DNA from: Brachybacterium sp.
GTDB lineage: Bacteria > Actinomycetota > Actinomycetes > Actinomycetales > Dermabacteraceae
DNA: 64,000 nt
NCBI GenBank assembly: GCA_035301145.1
Contig: DATGUQ010000075.1
Coordinates: 686-64,685 of the forward strand
Direction: 5' to 3'
Below the pieces are notes generated by a model that was not told the DNA's origin, searched no databases, and saw only the letters and a list, made by a program, of their open reading frames with translations. The position numbers and the translations under genes are program-made. This document shows, piece after piece, positions 26,799-35,798 of the stretch (positions within the stretch are counted from its first letter, which is position 1; each line of letters starts with the position of its first letter).

Positions 26799-28430
26799 TC
26801 AGGGCGCGAGCCGCACCGTGACGGCGTCCTGACCGCCCCGTGCCGACAGGATCGGGAGGGACGAGAGCAGCACGGCATCGCTGCCGTCGCTCTCCCGCTG
26901 GGTCCAGCCGGCGTGCACGGCACCGGGCACCTCGGGCACGATCGTGATCCCGGCGGCGCGCTCCTGACCGATCTGCAGCTGCTCGGAGGTCAGCGAGACC
27001 GTCGCGTCCGCGGGGACGTCGACCGTCAGCGGTTCTCCCGCGGACCCGTCGGCCGCCATCGGGATCACCGTGGCCGCGGACGGCGCCGAACCGATCAGCG
27101 TCAGCCGTCCGGCCGAGCCCTGCGCGGGCAGGCTGCTCATGGCGTGGGAGCCGATCTCCGGCGCCGGGGGGACGAGGGTGAAGTCGACGGGCGCGCCGAC
27201 GGTGTCCCCGGGCAGGTCGGCCCCGGTGAGCTCGCTGCGGGTGACGGCCGTGATCGGGCCCTCGGAGCGGACGCGCACGGCGTAGGTGCCGTCCGCCACG
27301 CCCTCCACGGGGATGCTCACCACGGTGCCTGCGGGCACGTCGACCTCGTCCCGTGCCGCCGCCGCGACGGGACCGTCCGGTCCGACCACCTCGACGGAGG
27401 CGGTGGTGCTGCTGCCCTGCGGGTTGGCGAGCACCAGGGTGGGTGCGGCGCCGGCGACGTCGACCCCGGGCATGACCAGCTCGGTGTCGGCGGCGGGCAG
27501 CGGGGAGAGGATCTCGGCGCCGCCCGGGGTGAGGCCGTCGCGTTCGGTGGACTGGACGTGCATGGACAGCGGTGCTCCGAGCACGGAGACGCCCACGCCG
27601 AGCGCGTCCTCGCCCGGGGCCACCGACTCCAGCAGGACCCGCTGCTCCTCGCCGGGTGCGACCACCACCTGGCTGCGGCCCTCCATCGCGGCCGGGCCGT
27701 CCTGGGTCCACAGCTGCACCGAGGCGGTGGCCGGTCGCTCGGTCGGGTTGCGCAGCACCAGCACGGAGCTGTCGCCCTTCGCCGTGGAGACCCCGAGGAA
27801 GGACGCCTCGGTGACCGGTTCGCCGCAGCGGGTCAGCGCGTAGGAGCGATAGTCGCCGGAAGGGGTGAGGGTGGCCTGGATGACATCGGCCACGGGCCGG
27901 CCGCCGTCCGAGGTCGCGGTGGTCACGTGGGGCGTCCCCTCGACGGCCGACGCGCCCAGGACGGAGAACCCGAGGTCCTGGGAGGCGGGCTCGTCCCTGA
28001 TCACGGTGCCGTCGGCCTTCTCCGCCGTGATGGACGGGGCGCGGACCGAGCCGTCGTCCTCCTGGAGCGTGCTCGATGCGCTGACGCGTCCGAACAGCAG
28101 CGAGGACTCGGGCTCGACGGACACCGCGCGCAGCGAGACGGCGGGGCTGGGCGGGGTGACGGCGAGATCGGCGTCCGGCCCGGACTCGAGAGCGCCCTCG
28201 GGCAGCACGAGCGGCCCGTAGCACCAGCGGGTGCTCGCCCCCGGCTCCGACTGCGCGGTGGCGTGCTCGACCTTCCGGGGCGAGGACGGCGCGGTCGTGG
28301 CCACGGCGCCGACCGAGATCGCGAGCGGCGCGAGTGCGGCCAGCGCCAGCAGGGATCGTCGACCGCTGCGGCGTTCCGGGCGCTCCGGGTGCCGGTCACG
28401 GGGGCCCTCGGGGACGGTGCGGTCAGCCAT
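26799..28430 (-). CDS. DUF5719 family secreted/membrane-anchored protein
   Basis: N-terminal hydrophobic segment, two LxNP-type repeats (VLRNP, VLANP); follows the large GT2 gene as usual. Confidence 0.8.
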   Translation of the reverse strand: MADRTVPEGPRDRHPERPERRSGRRSLLALAALAPLAISVGAVATTAPSSPRKVEHATAQSEPGASTRWCYGPLVLPEGALESGPDADLAVTPPSPAVSLRAVSVEPESSLLFGRVSASSTLQEDDGSVRAPSITAEKADGTVIRDEPASQDLGFSVLGASAVEGTPHVTTATSDGGRPVADVIQATLTPSGDYRSYALTRCGEPVTEASFLGVSTAKGDSSVLVLRNPTERPATASVQLWTQDGPAAMEGRSQVVVAPGEEQRVLLESVAPGEDALGVGVSVLGAPLSMHVQSTERDGLTPGGAEILSPLPAADTELVMPGVDVAGAAPTLVLANPQGSSTTASVEVVGPDGPVAAAARDEVDVPAGTVVSIPVEGVADGTYAVRVRSEGPITAVTRSELTGADLPGDTVGAPVDFTLVPPAPEIGSHAMSSLPAQGSAGRLTLIGSAPSAATVIPMAADGSAGEPLTVDVPADATVSLTSEQLQIGQERAAGITIVPEVPGAVHAGWTQRESDGSDAVLLSSLPILSARGGQDAVTVRLAP

Positions 28431-31400
28431 ACATCTCCTCCACCGAACGGGAGCGGATCCGCCACGGGATCGAGATCAGAGCGGTCAGCGCGACCCCGGC
28501 ATACAGCAGCACCTGCCAGAGCAGCCGCAGCGGCTGGTCGCGGTGCACGTCGATCTCACCCGCCGCGCCGGGCGGCAGCTCGAACCCCTGGGCCCAGCCG
28601 TCCACCTCGACGGGTGCGAGCTCGTCGCCGTCGAGGGTCGCGCGCCACCCGGTGTCGAAGCGCTCGGCGAGGACCACGGTGCGCGCGGCGTCGTCGGCGG
28701 GCACCGTGCCCTCGGCGTCGACGGCGGCGCTGTCCAGCGGGATCGGCGTGTCACCGCCGCGGACGACCGCTCGTGGCGCCGCGTCGATGACGCGCCACAT
28801 CCCGCCGCGGGTCCCTTCGGTGACCTTCTCCAGCTCCGTCGAGCTGTCGAGGACGCCCATCAGCTCGTCCTGCTGGTCGAGGTCGCCGCGCACCACCACG
28901 TAGGAGACGGCGAGGTCCGAGACGGTCGCGCGCTCATCGTCGTCCCCGCCGACGGCGGAGGAGAGCACGCCGGCCACGCCCTCCCGCAGCGCCGTGGAGG
29001 CAGGATCGGCGTCGACCGGCTCGCCCGCGGCGACGGTGTCCACGTCCCGGGCGTCCGCGATCGCGGCATGCTGGACCACGGAGTCGCCGCCGTGGACGAT
29101 CAGCCGAGCCTCGGCCGAGCCGTCCGGCAGCTCGGTGAGCATCAGCACCCGTGAGCGGGCCGCGGTGAGGCCCTGGTCCGCGGCGGCGGCGGGGACGTCG
29201 CCGGCCTCGACCCGCTCCACCTGGAGCTGGTCGGGCAGCAGCAGCGTCCAGCCGGTCACCGAGACCAGGCAGGCCGCGGCGACGAGCACACCGAGCACGC
29301 CGGTGAGGAGCCGTCGCCCTCGCCCGTCGCCCTCCTCGCGCCGGGCGAGGGCGTCGAAGGTCGCGGCGGCGCCCACGGCCAGCGCGAGCAGGACGGCGCT
29401 GAGCAGGGCGTGGACGGCGGGGCCGACGAGCTCGCCGTCCGCGACCGCCACCGGGGTGCGCAGGCTCAGCAGCACCGCGAGCATCCCGAGAGCGGCCAGC
29501 AGCACGCCGAACCGGCCCACGCGACCGGCGGCGCCGGGCAGGAGCGGGGCGGCCAGGGCGGCGGGCACCACGGGCGCGACGGGCAGCAGCGGCAGCAGCG
29601 CGGCCGCTGTCGCGCCGACCAGCGGGAGGAGCGCCTCCTGCACACCGGGGGCGACCGGCCACAGGGTGAGCAGGTCCGTGGTCGTCGCGGTGGTGGCGGC
29701 GGGCGGCACCCCTGCGACGGCGAGGAGGGTCTCGGGGTGGCCGAGATAGGTGGGGACGTAGGGGGCGTGCAGGGCGAGGGAGGGCAGCAGCACCCACAGC
29801 AGTCGGCGCCGGCGTCCCGGGACGGCGGGGGTGATCAGCGCCAGCGCCGCGGCGGTGAGCAGGACCAGGACGGGCTGCACGGCTCCGACCACCAGCAGCA
29901 CCAGCCCTGCGGCCGCTGCGGCCGACACGCTGGCCTGGGAGACCTTGTGGGGCAGCCCGATCGAGCGTCCGATCGCGAGGGCGAGCAACGGCAGCAGCAG
30001 GTGGACCAGCAGCAGCGGCCAGGCCCCGGCGGCGAGAGCGGTCAGCAGGGACGGAGCCAGCGCCCAGACGCTCGCGATCACCAGGCGGGAGCCGACCGCC
30101 CGGGTGAGCGCCCCGGATGCCCACCACGCCAGCAGCGCGCTCGCGGGCACGGCGGCGAGCACGAGGCTCTCGATCAGCAGGCCGCCGCCGAGGGGCAGGT
30201 GGCCGAGGAGCCGGACGAGAGGGTCCCCGGGACCGCGCTCCCCCAGGCCGCCGGGTATCCAGCTCGACCATGCCGAGTCCCACAGGTCCGCGGTCCCCTC
30301 GGGAAGCGGCAGGAGGCCGGGGCCGACGAGCTCACCGCGGCCGAACAGGCCGCGCAGGGCGAACAGCCCGACCACCGTGGCGGTCAGCGCCACCACCGCC
30401 GTCCAGACGATGTGACGCCCGTAGTCCGCATCGTCGAGGCCGTGGCGGGTCCCGGCGACGCCCCAGGTGGTACGGCGGATCTGGCGTCGCCGGTCGTCAT
30501 CGGCGAAGACGCGGGTCCAGGTGTCGTCGGCCCAGCGCCGCATCCCTTCGCCGCGCGGCAGGTACAGCGGGGCCAGTCGGCCTCGGGGGACGCGTGCGCG
30601 ATGACGCTCGCGCAGCCCCCTGGAGAGCACGCGCCTCGCCCGCGGCAGCACCGCCGCCGAGGCGCGCAGCTCCATCACCGCGGTGCGCGGCGCCGAGGCG
30701 GCGAGCGCGGCCGCCATCCGCAGCCCGGTCACCAGCGGGAGCAGCAGGAGGGACAGCAGGGCGTGCGGCAACGAGCGCTGCTTGAGCAGTGCCAGGTGCT
30801 GGCCGGTGCGCAGATCCCGGAGCCGGGCGAGCAGCGGCCTGGTGGGGTGCGGGTGCAGGACCCGGGCGGCGGACTGCACCGCGACCCGCTCGCCGGCGCG
30901 CCAGATGCGGCGGCACAGGTCGATCTCCGCCCAGGGGGCGGGCAGGTCCGGGTCGAGGCCTCCGACCTCGCGCAGCGTCCGCTCCCGCACCAGCATGCCC
31001 GGCAGCGGGACCGCGAGCACGTCGTGGCGCCAGTCCGACTGCCCCTGATCGATCTCGCCCGGGTCGACACCGCTGATGATCCGTCCGCCGTGGGTGAGGG
31101 TGAGGCCGACGTCGACGAGCGCATCGGCCCCCTCGAGGCGCTGCCGCATCTCGTCCGTGAGGAGCTCCGGCTCGGCGTGCCGCACCCGTTTGGCACCGAC
31201 CGCGGCGGTGTTCGGGGAGACCTCGACGATCTCCAGCTGGCGGACGAGGGCGTCGGGCGCGGGCGGGGCGCCGTCCATCACGAACCAGAGCCAGGAGCCG
31301 TCGCCGGCCGGGTCCGCCGCGCCGACCCGTCGACCGGAGCGGTAGCGCTCCCGCCGCAGGCGCTGGGGGACCTTGGCCAGGTCCTCCGCCCGCTGGGTCC

Positions 31401-31779
31401 GCTCCCGTTCGACGGCGGCGCTGTCGACGTCGCGCGCACGGCGACCGCCGGACCGGGCGGGCGCGGCCCTCTCCTCGGCCGCGGGGGGCGTGACCTCGGC
31501 GGCGGTCCGCTCCCCGCTCTCGAGGGCCTCGAGCGTCTCCCGGACCGCTCCGGCCCGGCTCAGCACGGCGGAGACCGGCAGGATACGGTCCACGGCCCCG
31601 GCGGCGAGATCGGCCTCGACGGCCTCGCGCACCTCTGCGGGGAGGTCGGAGGGGGCGATGACCACGACGCTGTCGGGCCGGTGGGTCTGGGCCGCGAGCG
31701 CTCGGCGGAGCGCCTCGTGGGTCGAGGGCGTGGTCGTCCCGTACAGCAGGACGACCGCAGTGATGTGACGGTCGCTCAC
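28423..31779 (-). CDS. Large GT2-like protein fused to a multi-TM domain and an extracellular C-terminal domain
   Basis: GEIDQGQ, GMLVR, GGLDP, IDLCRR; many TMs; LAERFDTGWRATLDG...DGWAQGF; downstream of whiB2. Confidence 0.85.
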   Translation of the reverse strand: MSDRHITAVVLLYGTTTPSTHEALRRALAAQTHRPDSVVVIAPSDLPAEVREAVEADLAAGAVDRILPVSAVLSRAGAVRETLEALESGERTAAEVTPPAAEERAAPARSGGRRARDVDSAAVERERTQRAEDLAKVPQRLRRERYRSGRRVGAADPAGDGSWLWFVMDGAPPAPDALVRQLEIVEVSPNTAAVGAKRVRHAEPELLTDEMRQRLEGADALVDVGLTLTHGGRIISGVDPGEIDQGQSDWRHDVLAVPLPGMLVRERTLREVGGLDPDLPAPWAEIDLCRRIWRAGERVAVQSAARVLHPHPTRPLLARLRDLRTGQHLALLKQRSLPHALLSLLLLPLVTGLRMAAALAASAPRTAVMELRASAAVLPRARRVLSRGLRERHRARVPRGRLAPLYLPRGEGMRRWADDTWTRVFADDDRRRQIRRTTWGVAGTRHGLDDADYGRHIVWTAVVALTATVVGLFALRGLFGRGELVGPGLLPLPEGTADLWDSAWSSWIPGGLGERGPGDPLVRLLGHLPLGGGLLIESLVLAAVPASALLAWWASGALTRAVGSRLVIASVWALAPSLLTALAAGAWPLLLVHLLLPLLALAIGRSIGLPHKVSQASVSAAAAAGLVLLVVGAVQPVLVLLTAAALALITPAVPGRRRRLLWVLLPSLALHAPYVPTYLGHPETLLAVAGVPPAATTATTTDLLTLWPVAPGVQEALLPLVGATAAALLPLLPVAPVVPAALAAPLLPGAAGRVGRFGVLLAALGMLAVLLSLRTPVAVADGELVGPAVHALLSAVLLALAVGAAATFDALARREEGDGRGRRLLTGVLGVLVAAACLVSVTGWTLLLPDQLQVERVEAGDVPAAAADQGLTAARSRVLMLTELPDGSAEARLIVHGGDSVVQHAAIADARDVDTVAAGEPVDADPASTALREGVAGVLSSAVGGDDDERATVSDLAVSYVVVRGDLDQQDELMGVLDSSTELEKVTEGTRGGMWRVIDAAPRAVVRGGDTPIPLDSAAVDAEGTVPADDAARTVVLAERFDTGWRATLDGDELAPVEVDGWAQGFELPPGAAGEIDVHRDQPLRLLWQVLLYAGVALTALISIPWRIRSRSVEEMYG

Positions 31780-31791
31780 CGGGAAAGGATG

Positions 31792-32091
31792 TCAGACCAC
31801 CCGGCGCTTGAGCTTGCGACGCTCGCGCTCGGACAGACCGCCCCAGATCCCGAAGCGCTCGTCGTTCTCGAGGGCGTATTCGAGGCACTCGGCCCGCACC
31901 TCGCAGGAGACGCACACCTTCTTGGCCTCACGGGTGGAGCCGCCCTTCTCCGGGAAGAACGCCTCCGGATCGGTCTGCGCGCACAGCGCGCGCTCCTGCC
32001 AGGTCAGCTCGGCCTCGTCGGAGTCCTGCCCGGCGATGTCGAGCAGGGACAGCTCTGCACGCGCGTCGTCGTCGACACGGTTCTCGTCCAT
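31792..32091 (-). CDS. whiB2: WhiB family Fe-S transcriptional regulator, WhiB2/WhmD type
   Basis: WQERALCAQTDPEAFFPEKGGSTREAKKVCVSCEVRAECLEYAL...FGIWGGLSERERR; GAAGGAG RBS. Confidence 0.95.
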   Translation of the reverse strand: MDENRVDDDARAELSLLDIAGQDSDEAELTWQERALCAQTDPEAFFPEKGGSTREAKKVCVSCEVRAECLEYALENDERFGIWGGLSERERRKLKRRVV

Positions 32092-32112
32092 CGCCACCGC
32101 TCCTTCCACTGC

Positions 32113-32142
32113 TGCGTTGACCACCGATGCGTTGACCACCGA
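32113..32142. repeat. Perfect 15-bp tandem duplication upstream of whiB2
   Basis: TGCGTTGACCACCGA at 32113-32127 and again at 32128-32142. Confidence 0.9.
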
Positions 32143-32157
32143 AGGCTCGTCGGGCCT

Positions 32158-32188
32158 AAAGTACACCGGTGTAGTTACGGTCCGTCAA
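32158..32188 (-). promoter_or_regulatory. Putative whiB2 promoter with palindromic operator
   Basis: Minus strand TTGACG, 19 nt, TACTTT; perfect palindrome TACACCGGTGTA at 32162-32173. Confidence 0.55.
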
Positions 32189-32267
32189 GCGGCGTCGGCG
32201 CGTCGCCTTGCACATCACGCCCGTCTCCACGCCCATCGTGCCCGACTCAGCGCCCCCGGAGGCCCCC

Positions 32268-33368
32268 GTGTCCACTGCCCCACCACCTGCGCAGGCCGCC
32301 CCTGACACGCCCGGGACGCCGGCCGCCGGCCTGGCCGTGCTCCCCGTCACCGGCCTCGGCGAGATCCGCGAGGGCGATGACCTGGCCGGCCTGCTGGCGG
32401 AGGCGCTGACGCCCCTCGCACCGCAGGACGGCGACGTGCTGTGCGTGTCCACCAAGATCGTCTCCAAGGCACAGGGGCTGCGCGTCCCGGCCGAGCAGCG
32501 CGACCGGGCCGTCGCGGACCTCGCGGTGCGCACGGTCGCCCGCCGGCTGCACACCCGCGTGGTGACCTCCGTGGTGCAGATCCCCTCGGGCCCGGTGATG
32601 GCGGCCGGGGGCGTCGACTCCTCCAACGCCCCGGAGGGCCCGCTGCTGCTGCCCGAGGACCCCGATGCCTGCGCGCGCGGGCTGCGGGCGGCGCTGAGCG
32701 CCGCGCTGGACGTCGACCTCGGGGTGCTGCTGACCGACACGTCCTCACGCATCTGGCGGGTGGGTGTGGGCGACATCGCCCTCGGCGCCGCCGGCGTCGC
32801 CGCCCTGCAGGACCTGCGCGGCGGCACGGACGCCGACGGCCGCCCCCTGACCGTCACGGTGCGGAACCTGGCCGACGAGTTGGCCGCCGCCGCGGACCTC
32901 GTCAAGGGCAAGTCCAGCGGGGTGCCCGCCGCGCTGGTGCGCGGGGTGCCCGGCGCCACCGCGCAGGACGTCCCGGCCCGTGCGCTCTCGCGCACCGGGG
33001 AGGACGACTGGTTCCGGCGCCCCAGCCTCGAGTCCGTGTGGGTCGCTCTCGGGCTGGCCCCCGAGCAGGAGCCGATCGCACGCATGTCCCCCGAGCCGGT
33101 GCCGGAGAGGATCGCTCGCGCGCTCCAGGTCGCGGCCGTACCCCGCCCGGGCCGGGAGCCGTCGACCGCGACGGTGCGGGACGTCGCCCCCGACGGACCG
33201 GCTCCGCATATCGTGGTGGAGGCGGCCGACGACTCGCCGGCCGCGCTGGTCCACGCCGCCACGCACGCCGAACGGATCCGCACCGCGCTGGGCGCCGAGG
33301 CGCTCGGCGCGCCGCTGCCCCGGATCGCGGTCGAGATCTGCGTGCCCGATCCTCAGGAGCCATCATGA
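32268..33368 (+). CDS. cofE: Coenzyme F420-0:L-glutamate ligase-like protein (CofE/FbiB N-terminal domain)
   Basis: GEIREGDDL, STKIVSKAQG, AGGVDSSN, TDTSSRIWR, ADELAAAADLVKGK; GGAGG RBS before GTG. Confidence 0.85.
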   Translation: MSTAPPPAQAAPDTPGTPAAGLAVLPVTGLGEIREGDDLAGLLAEALTPLAPQDGDVLCVSTKIVSKAQGLRVPAEQRDRAVADLAVRTVARRLHTRVVTSVVQIPSGPVMAAGGVDSSNAPEGPLLLPEDPDACARGLRAALSAALDVDLGVLLTDTSSRIWRVGVGDIALGAAGVAALQDLRGGTDADGRPLTVTVRNLADELAAAADLVKGKSSGVPAALVRGVPGATAQDVPARALSRTGEDDWFRRPSLESVWVALGLAPEQEPIARMSPEPVPERIARALQVAAVPRPGREPSTATVRDVAPDGPAPHIVVEAADDSPAALVHAATHAERIRTALGAEALGAPLPRIAVEICVPDPQEPS

Positions 33369-34072
33369 GCCCCGCCGCCCCCCGGTCCCCGCACACCGCC
33401 GCGCGGCTGCTGAGCGCGCTCGAGAGCACCGGGCCGCGCCCGGCGCTGGCCTGGTACGGGGAGGCCGCGCGCATCGAGCTGTCCGGGCATGTGGTGGCGA
33501 ACTGGGTGATCAAGGCGATCGGGCACCTGCACGACGAGATCGCTCTCGACCCCGACGACGAGGTGGTGGTGGACCTGCCCCCGCACTGGAAGCGGCTGAC
33601 GCTCGCAGTGGCCTGCTGGGCGCTGGGCGCGAGGGTCACGGTGCTCGGGCGGGAGGCGGGAGCGGCTCCGGAGCCCCCGCCCGGTGCCGAGGAGCCGCGG
33701 GTGGTGATCACCGACCGGCCCGGCTCCCCGCTGGCCGAGACCGCCGACGAGGTGCTCGCCGTGGAAGCGGTCTCGCTCGCTCCCCGCTTCGGCGCGGAGC
33801 TGCCGCCGCTGGCCCATGACTGGCTGGTCGAGGTGCGCGGCAGCTCCGACCGGCTCGGCGTCGCCCTGCCGCCGTGGAGCGGCCCCGCGGTCGAGGAGAT
33901 CCCCGACCGGCCGGAGGGCGGGACTCCGCCCCGCCTGCTGGTGGACGACGACGGGCTCTCCGCCCTCCCCTGCGTGCTCGGGGCGCTGCTGGCGGGCGGC
34001 GGGCTCGTCGGCCCGGCCGCAGCGGTCACCGAGCACCAGGCCCAGGCGGAGGGCGTCACCGGGCGCGCCTGA
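33365..34072 (+). CDS. TIGR03089 family protein (truncated AMP-binding-like)
   Basis: PALAWYG...RIELSG...NWVIK...DLPPHW. Confidence 0.85.
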   Translation: MSPAAPRSPHTAARLLSALESTGPRPALAWYGEAARIELSGHVVANWVIKAIGHLHDEIALDPDDEVVVDLPPHWKRLTLAVACWALGARVTVLGREAGAAPEPPPGAEEPRVVITDRPGSPLAETADEVLAVEAVSLAPRFGAELPPLAHDWLVEVRGSSDRLGVALPPWSGPAVEEIPDRPEGGTPPRLLVDDDGLSALPCVLGALLAGGGLVGPAAAVTEHQAQAEGVTGRA

Positions 34073-34090
34073 GCGCCCGAGCGGGCCCGG

Positions 34091-34861
34091 TCAGTCCGCG
34101 CGCAGCGTCGCGACGGCCTCGGTGGGGTCGCCGTCGAAGACGGCACGGCCCTTGCGCAGCACGACGATGCGGGTGCAGAGCTTCTCCAGCATCTCCAGCT
34201 CGTGGGAGACCACGATCATGGTGCGCCCGGCCTTCTGCAGCTCCCGGATGCGCTCGAGGCACTTGCGCTGGAAGGGCTCGTCGCCGACCGAGAGGATCTC
34301 GTCGACCAGGAAGATGTCCGGCTCGGTGTGCACGGCCACGGCGAAGGCGAGGCGCAGGAACATGCCCGAGCTGTAGTACTTCACGTCGGTGTCGATGAAC
34401 TCCTCGATCTCGCTGAAGGCGACGATCTCGTCGAACCTCGCGTCGATCTGCTCACGGGTCATGCCCAGGATCGCGCCGTTGAGGTAGACGTTCTCCCGGC
34501 CCGAGAGGTCGGGGTGGAAGCCGGCGCCCACCTCGATCAGCCCGGCGACGCGCCCTCGCAGCAGCACCCGGCCGTGGTCGGGGTAGAGCACTCCGGAGAT
34601 CGTCTTCAGCAGCGTCGACTTGCCCGAGCCGTTGAAGCCGATCAGCCCCACGGTCTCGCCCGCGTGCACGGTGAGGTCCACGTCCTCGAGCGCGAGGAAG
34701 GAGTCGGCGAGCTTCTTGCGCTGCAGCGCCGAGAACACCAGCTCCTTCAGCGAATGGTCGTGGCGCAGCGAGAACTGCTTGGTGACGTGCTCGATGCGCA
34801 CCATCTCGCGATCTGTGGGGATCGCGGCGGAGTCGGGCACGGACTCGATGTTCGGGCTCAT
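34091..34861 (-). CDS. wzt: Polysaccharide ABC exporter ATP-binding protein (Wzt-like)
   Basis: GFNGSGKST, GAGFHPDLSGRENVYLNG, YSSGMFLRLAF, DEILSVGD. Confidence 0.92.
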   Translation of the reverse strand: MSPNIESVPDSAAIPTDREMVRIEHVTKQFSLRHDHSLKELVFSALQRKKLADSFLALEDVDLTVHAGETVGLIGFNGSGKSTLLKTISGVLYPDHGRVLLRGRVAGLIEVGAGFHPDLSGRENVYLNGAILGMTREQIDARFDEIVAFSEIEEFIDTDVKYYSSGMFLRLAFAVAVHTEPDIFLVDEILSVGDEPFQRKCLERIRELQKAGRTMIVVSHELEMLEKLCTRIVVLRKGRAVFDGDPTEAVATLRAD

Positions 34862-34874
34862 CGCGGCTCTCCTC

Positions 34875-35798
34875 TCACAGTTCCTGGGCGAAGCGCCGCT
34901 TGGAGCGCTCGAAGAGGACGGCGCCGAGCACGAAGGTCAGCGCGGCGATCAGCAGCCCCGCCCACCACAGCCCGAAGGGCTCGCCCGGACTCACCAGCGA
35001 CGGGTCCCCGGGGACCCCCTCGACCACGGGAGGTGCGTACCGCCAGAACGCGACGTGGAACAGCTCCACCACGATGGTCAGCGGGTTCAGCTGGTACAGC
35101 CACCACCAGAGGGTCCCGCCGATCGCGTCCTGGACCATCGAGATCCGGTACAGCACCGGGGAGAGCCAGGTGGCGACCATGACGATGAGGTCCACGAAGT
35201 TCTCGACGTCGCGGAAGGCCGCGTTCAGCGCCGCGGTGATCATGCCCAGGCCCATCGTGAAGACCACGAGGATCATCATCCCGAGCGCGAAGGCGACGAG
35301 CGCGGTGGGCGAGGGCAGCCACCCGAACAGCAGCGCGCCCACCACCAGCACCAGCAGCTGCGGCAGGAAGTGCACCAGCGCCACGATCATGCTCGCCCAC
35401 GGGAACAGCTCGCTGGGCAGATAGATCTTGGAGACCAGCGCCTGGTTGCCGGTGATCGAGCGCGTGGCGTTGCCGAACACCTCACCGAAGAGGTTCACCA
35501 CCACGATCCCGCTGAACAGGTAGACCGCGTAGGCGGGGGTGTCGCGCTGCAGCTGCAGGAACACGCCGAGCGCGATGTAGAAGACGACGAACTGCACCGC
35601 CGGCTTCACGTAGCTCCACAGCATGCCCAGCGCGCTGCCGCGGTAGCGCACCCGCAGCTCCTTGCGCACCAGCAGCCGCAGCAGGAAGCGCTCCCGGATC
35701 GGGTTCAGCCAGCCCGCGTCCTGTCCGGGGGCGCGCCAGCCCTCGGCCTGCTCCGTGCGGGAGGGAAGCCGCACCGAGCCTCCGGCACCGCCGGTCAT
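34875..35798 (-). CDS. wzm: Polysaccharide ABC exporter permease (Wzm-like)
   Basis: ELRVRYRGSALGMLWS, LVSKIYLP, FRDVENF, LNPL, FAQEL. Confidence 0.92.
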   Translation of the reverse strand: MTGGAGGSVRLPSRTEQAEGWRAPGQDAGWLNPIRERFLLRLLVRKELRVRYRGSALGMLWSYVKPAVQFVVFYIALGVFLQLQRDTPAYAVYLFSGIVVVNLFGEVFGNATRSITGNQALVSKIYLPSELFPWASMIVALVHFLPQLLVLVVGALLFGWLPSPTALVAFALGMMILVVFTMGLGMITAALNAAFRDVENFVDLIVMVATWLSPVLYRISMVQDAIGGTLWWWLYQLNPLTIVVELFHVAFWRYAPPVVEGVPGDPSLVSPGEPFGLWWAGLLIAALTFVLGAVLFERSKRRFAQEL

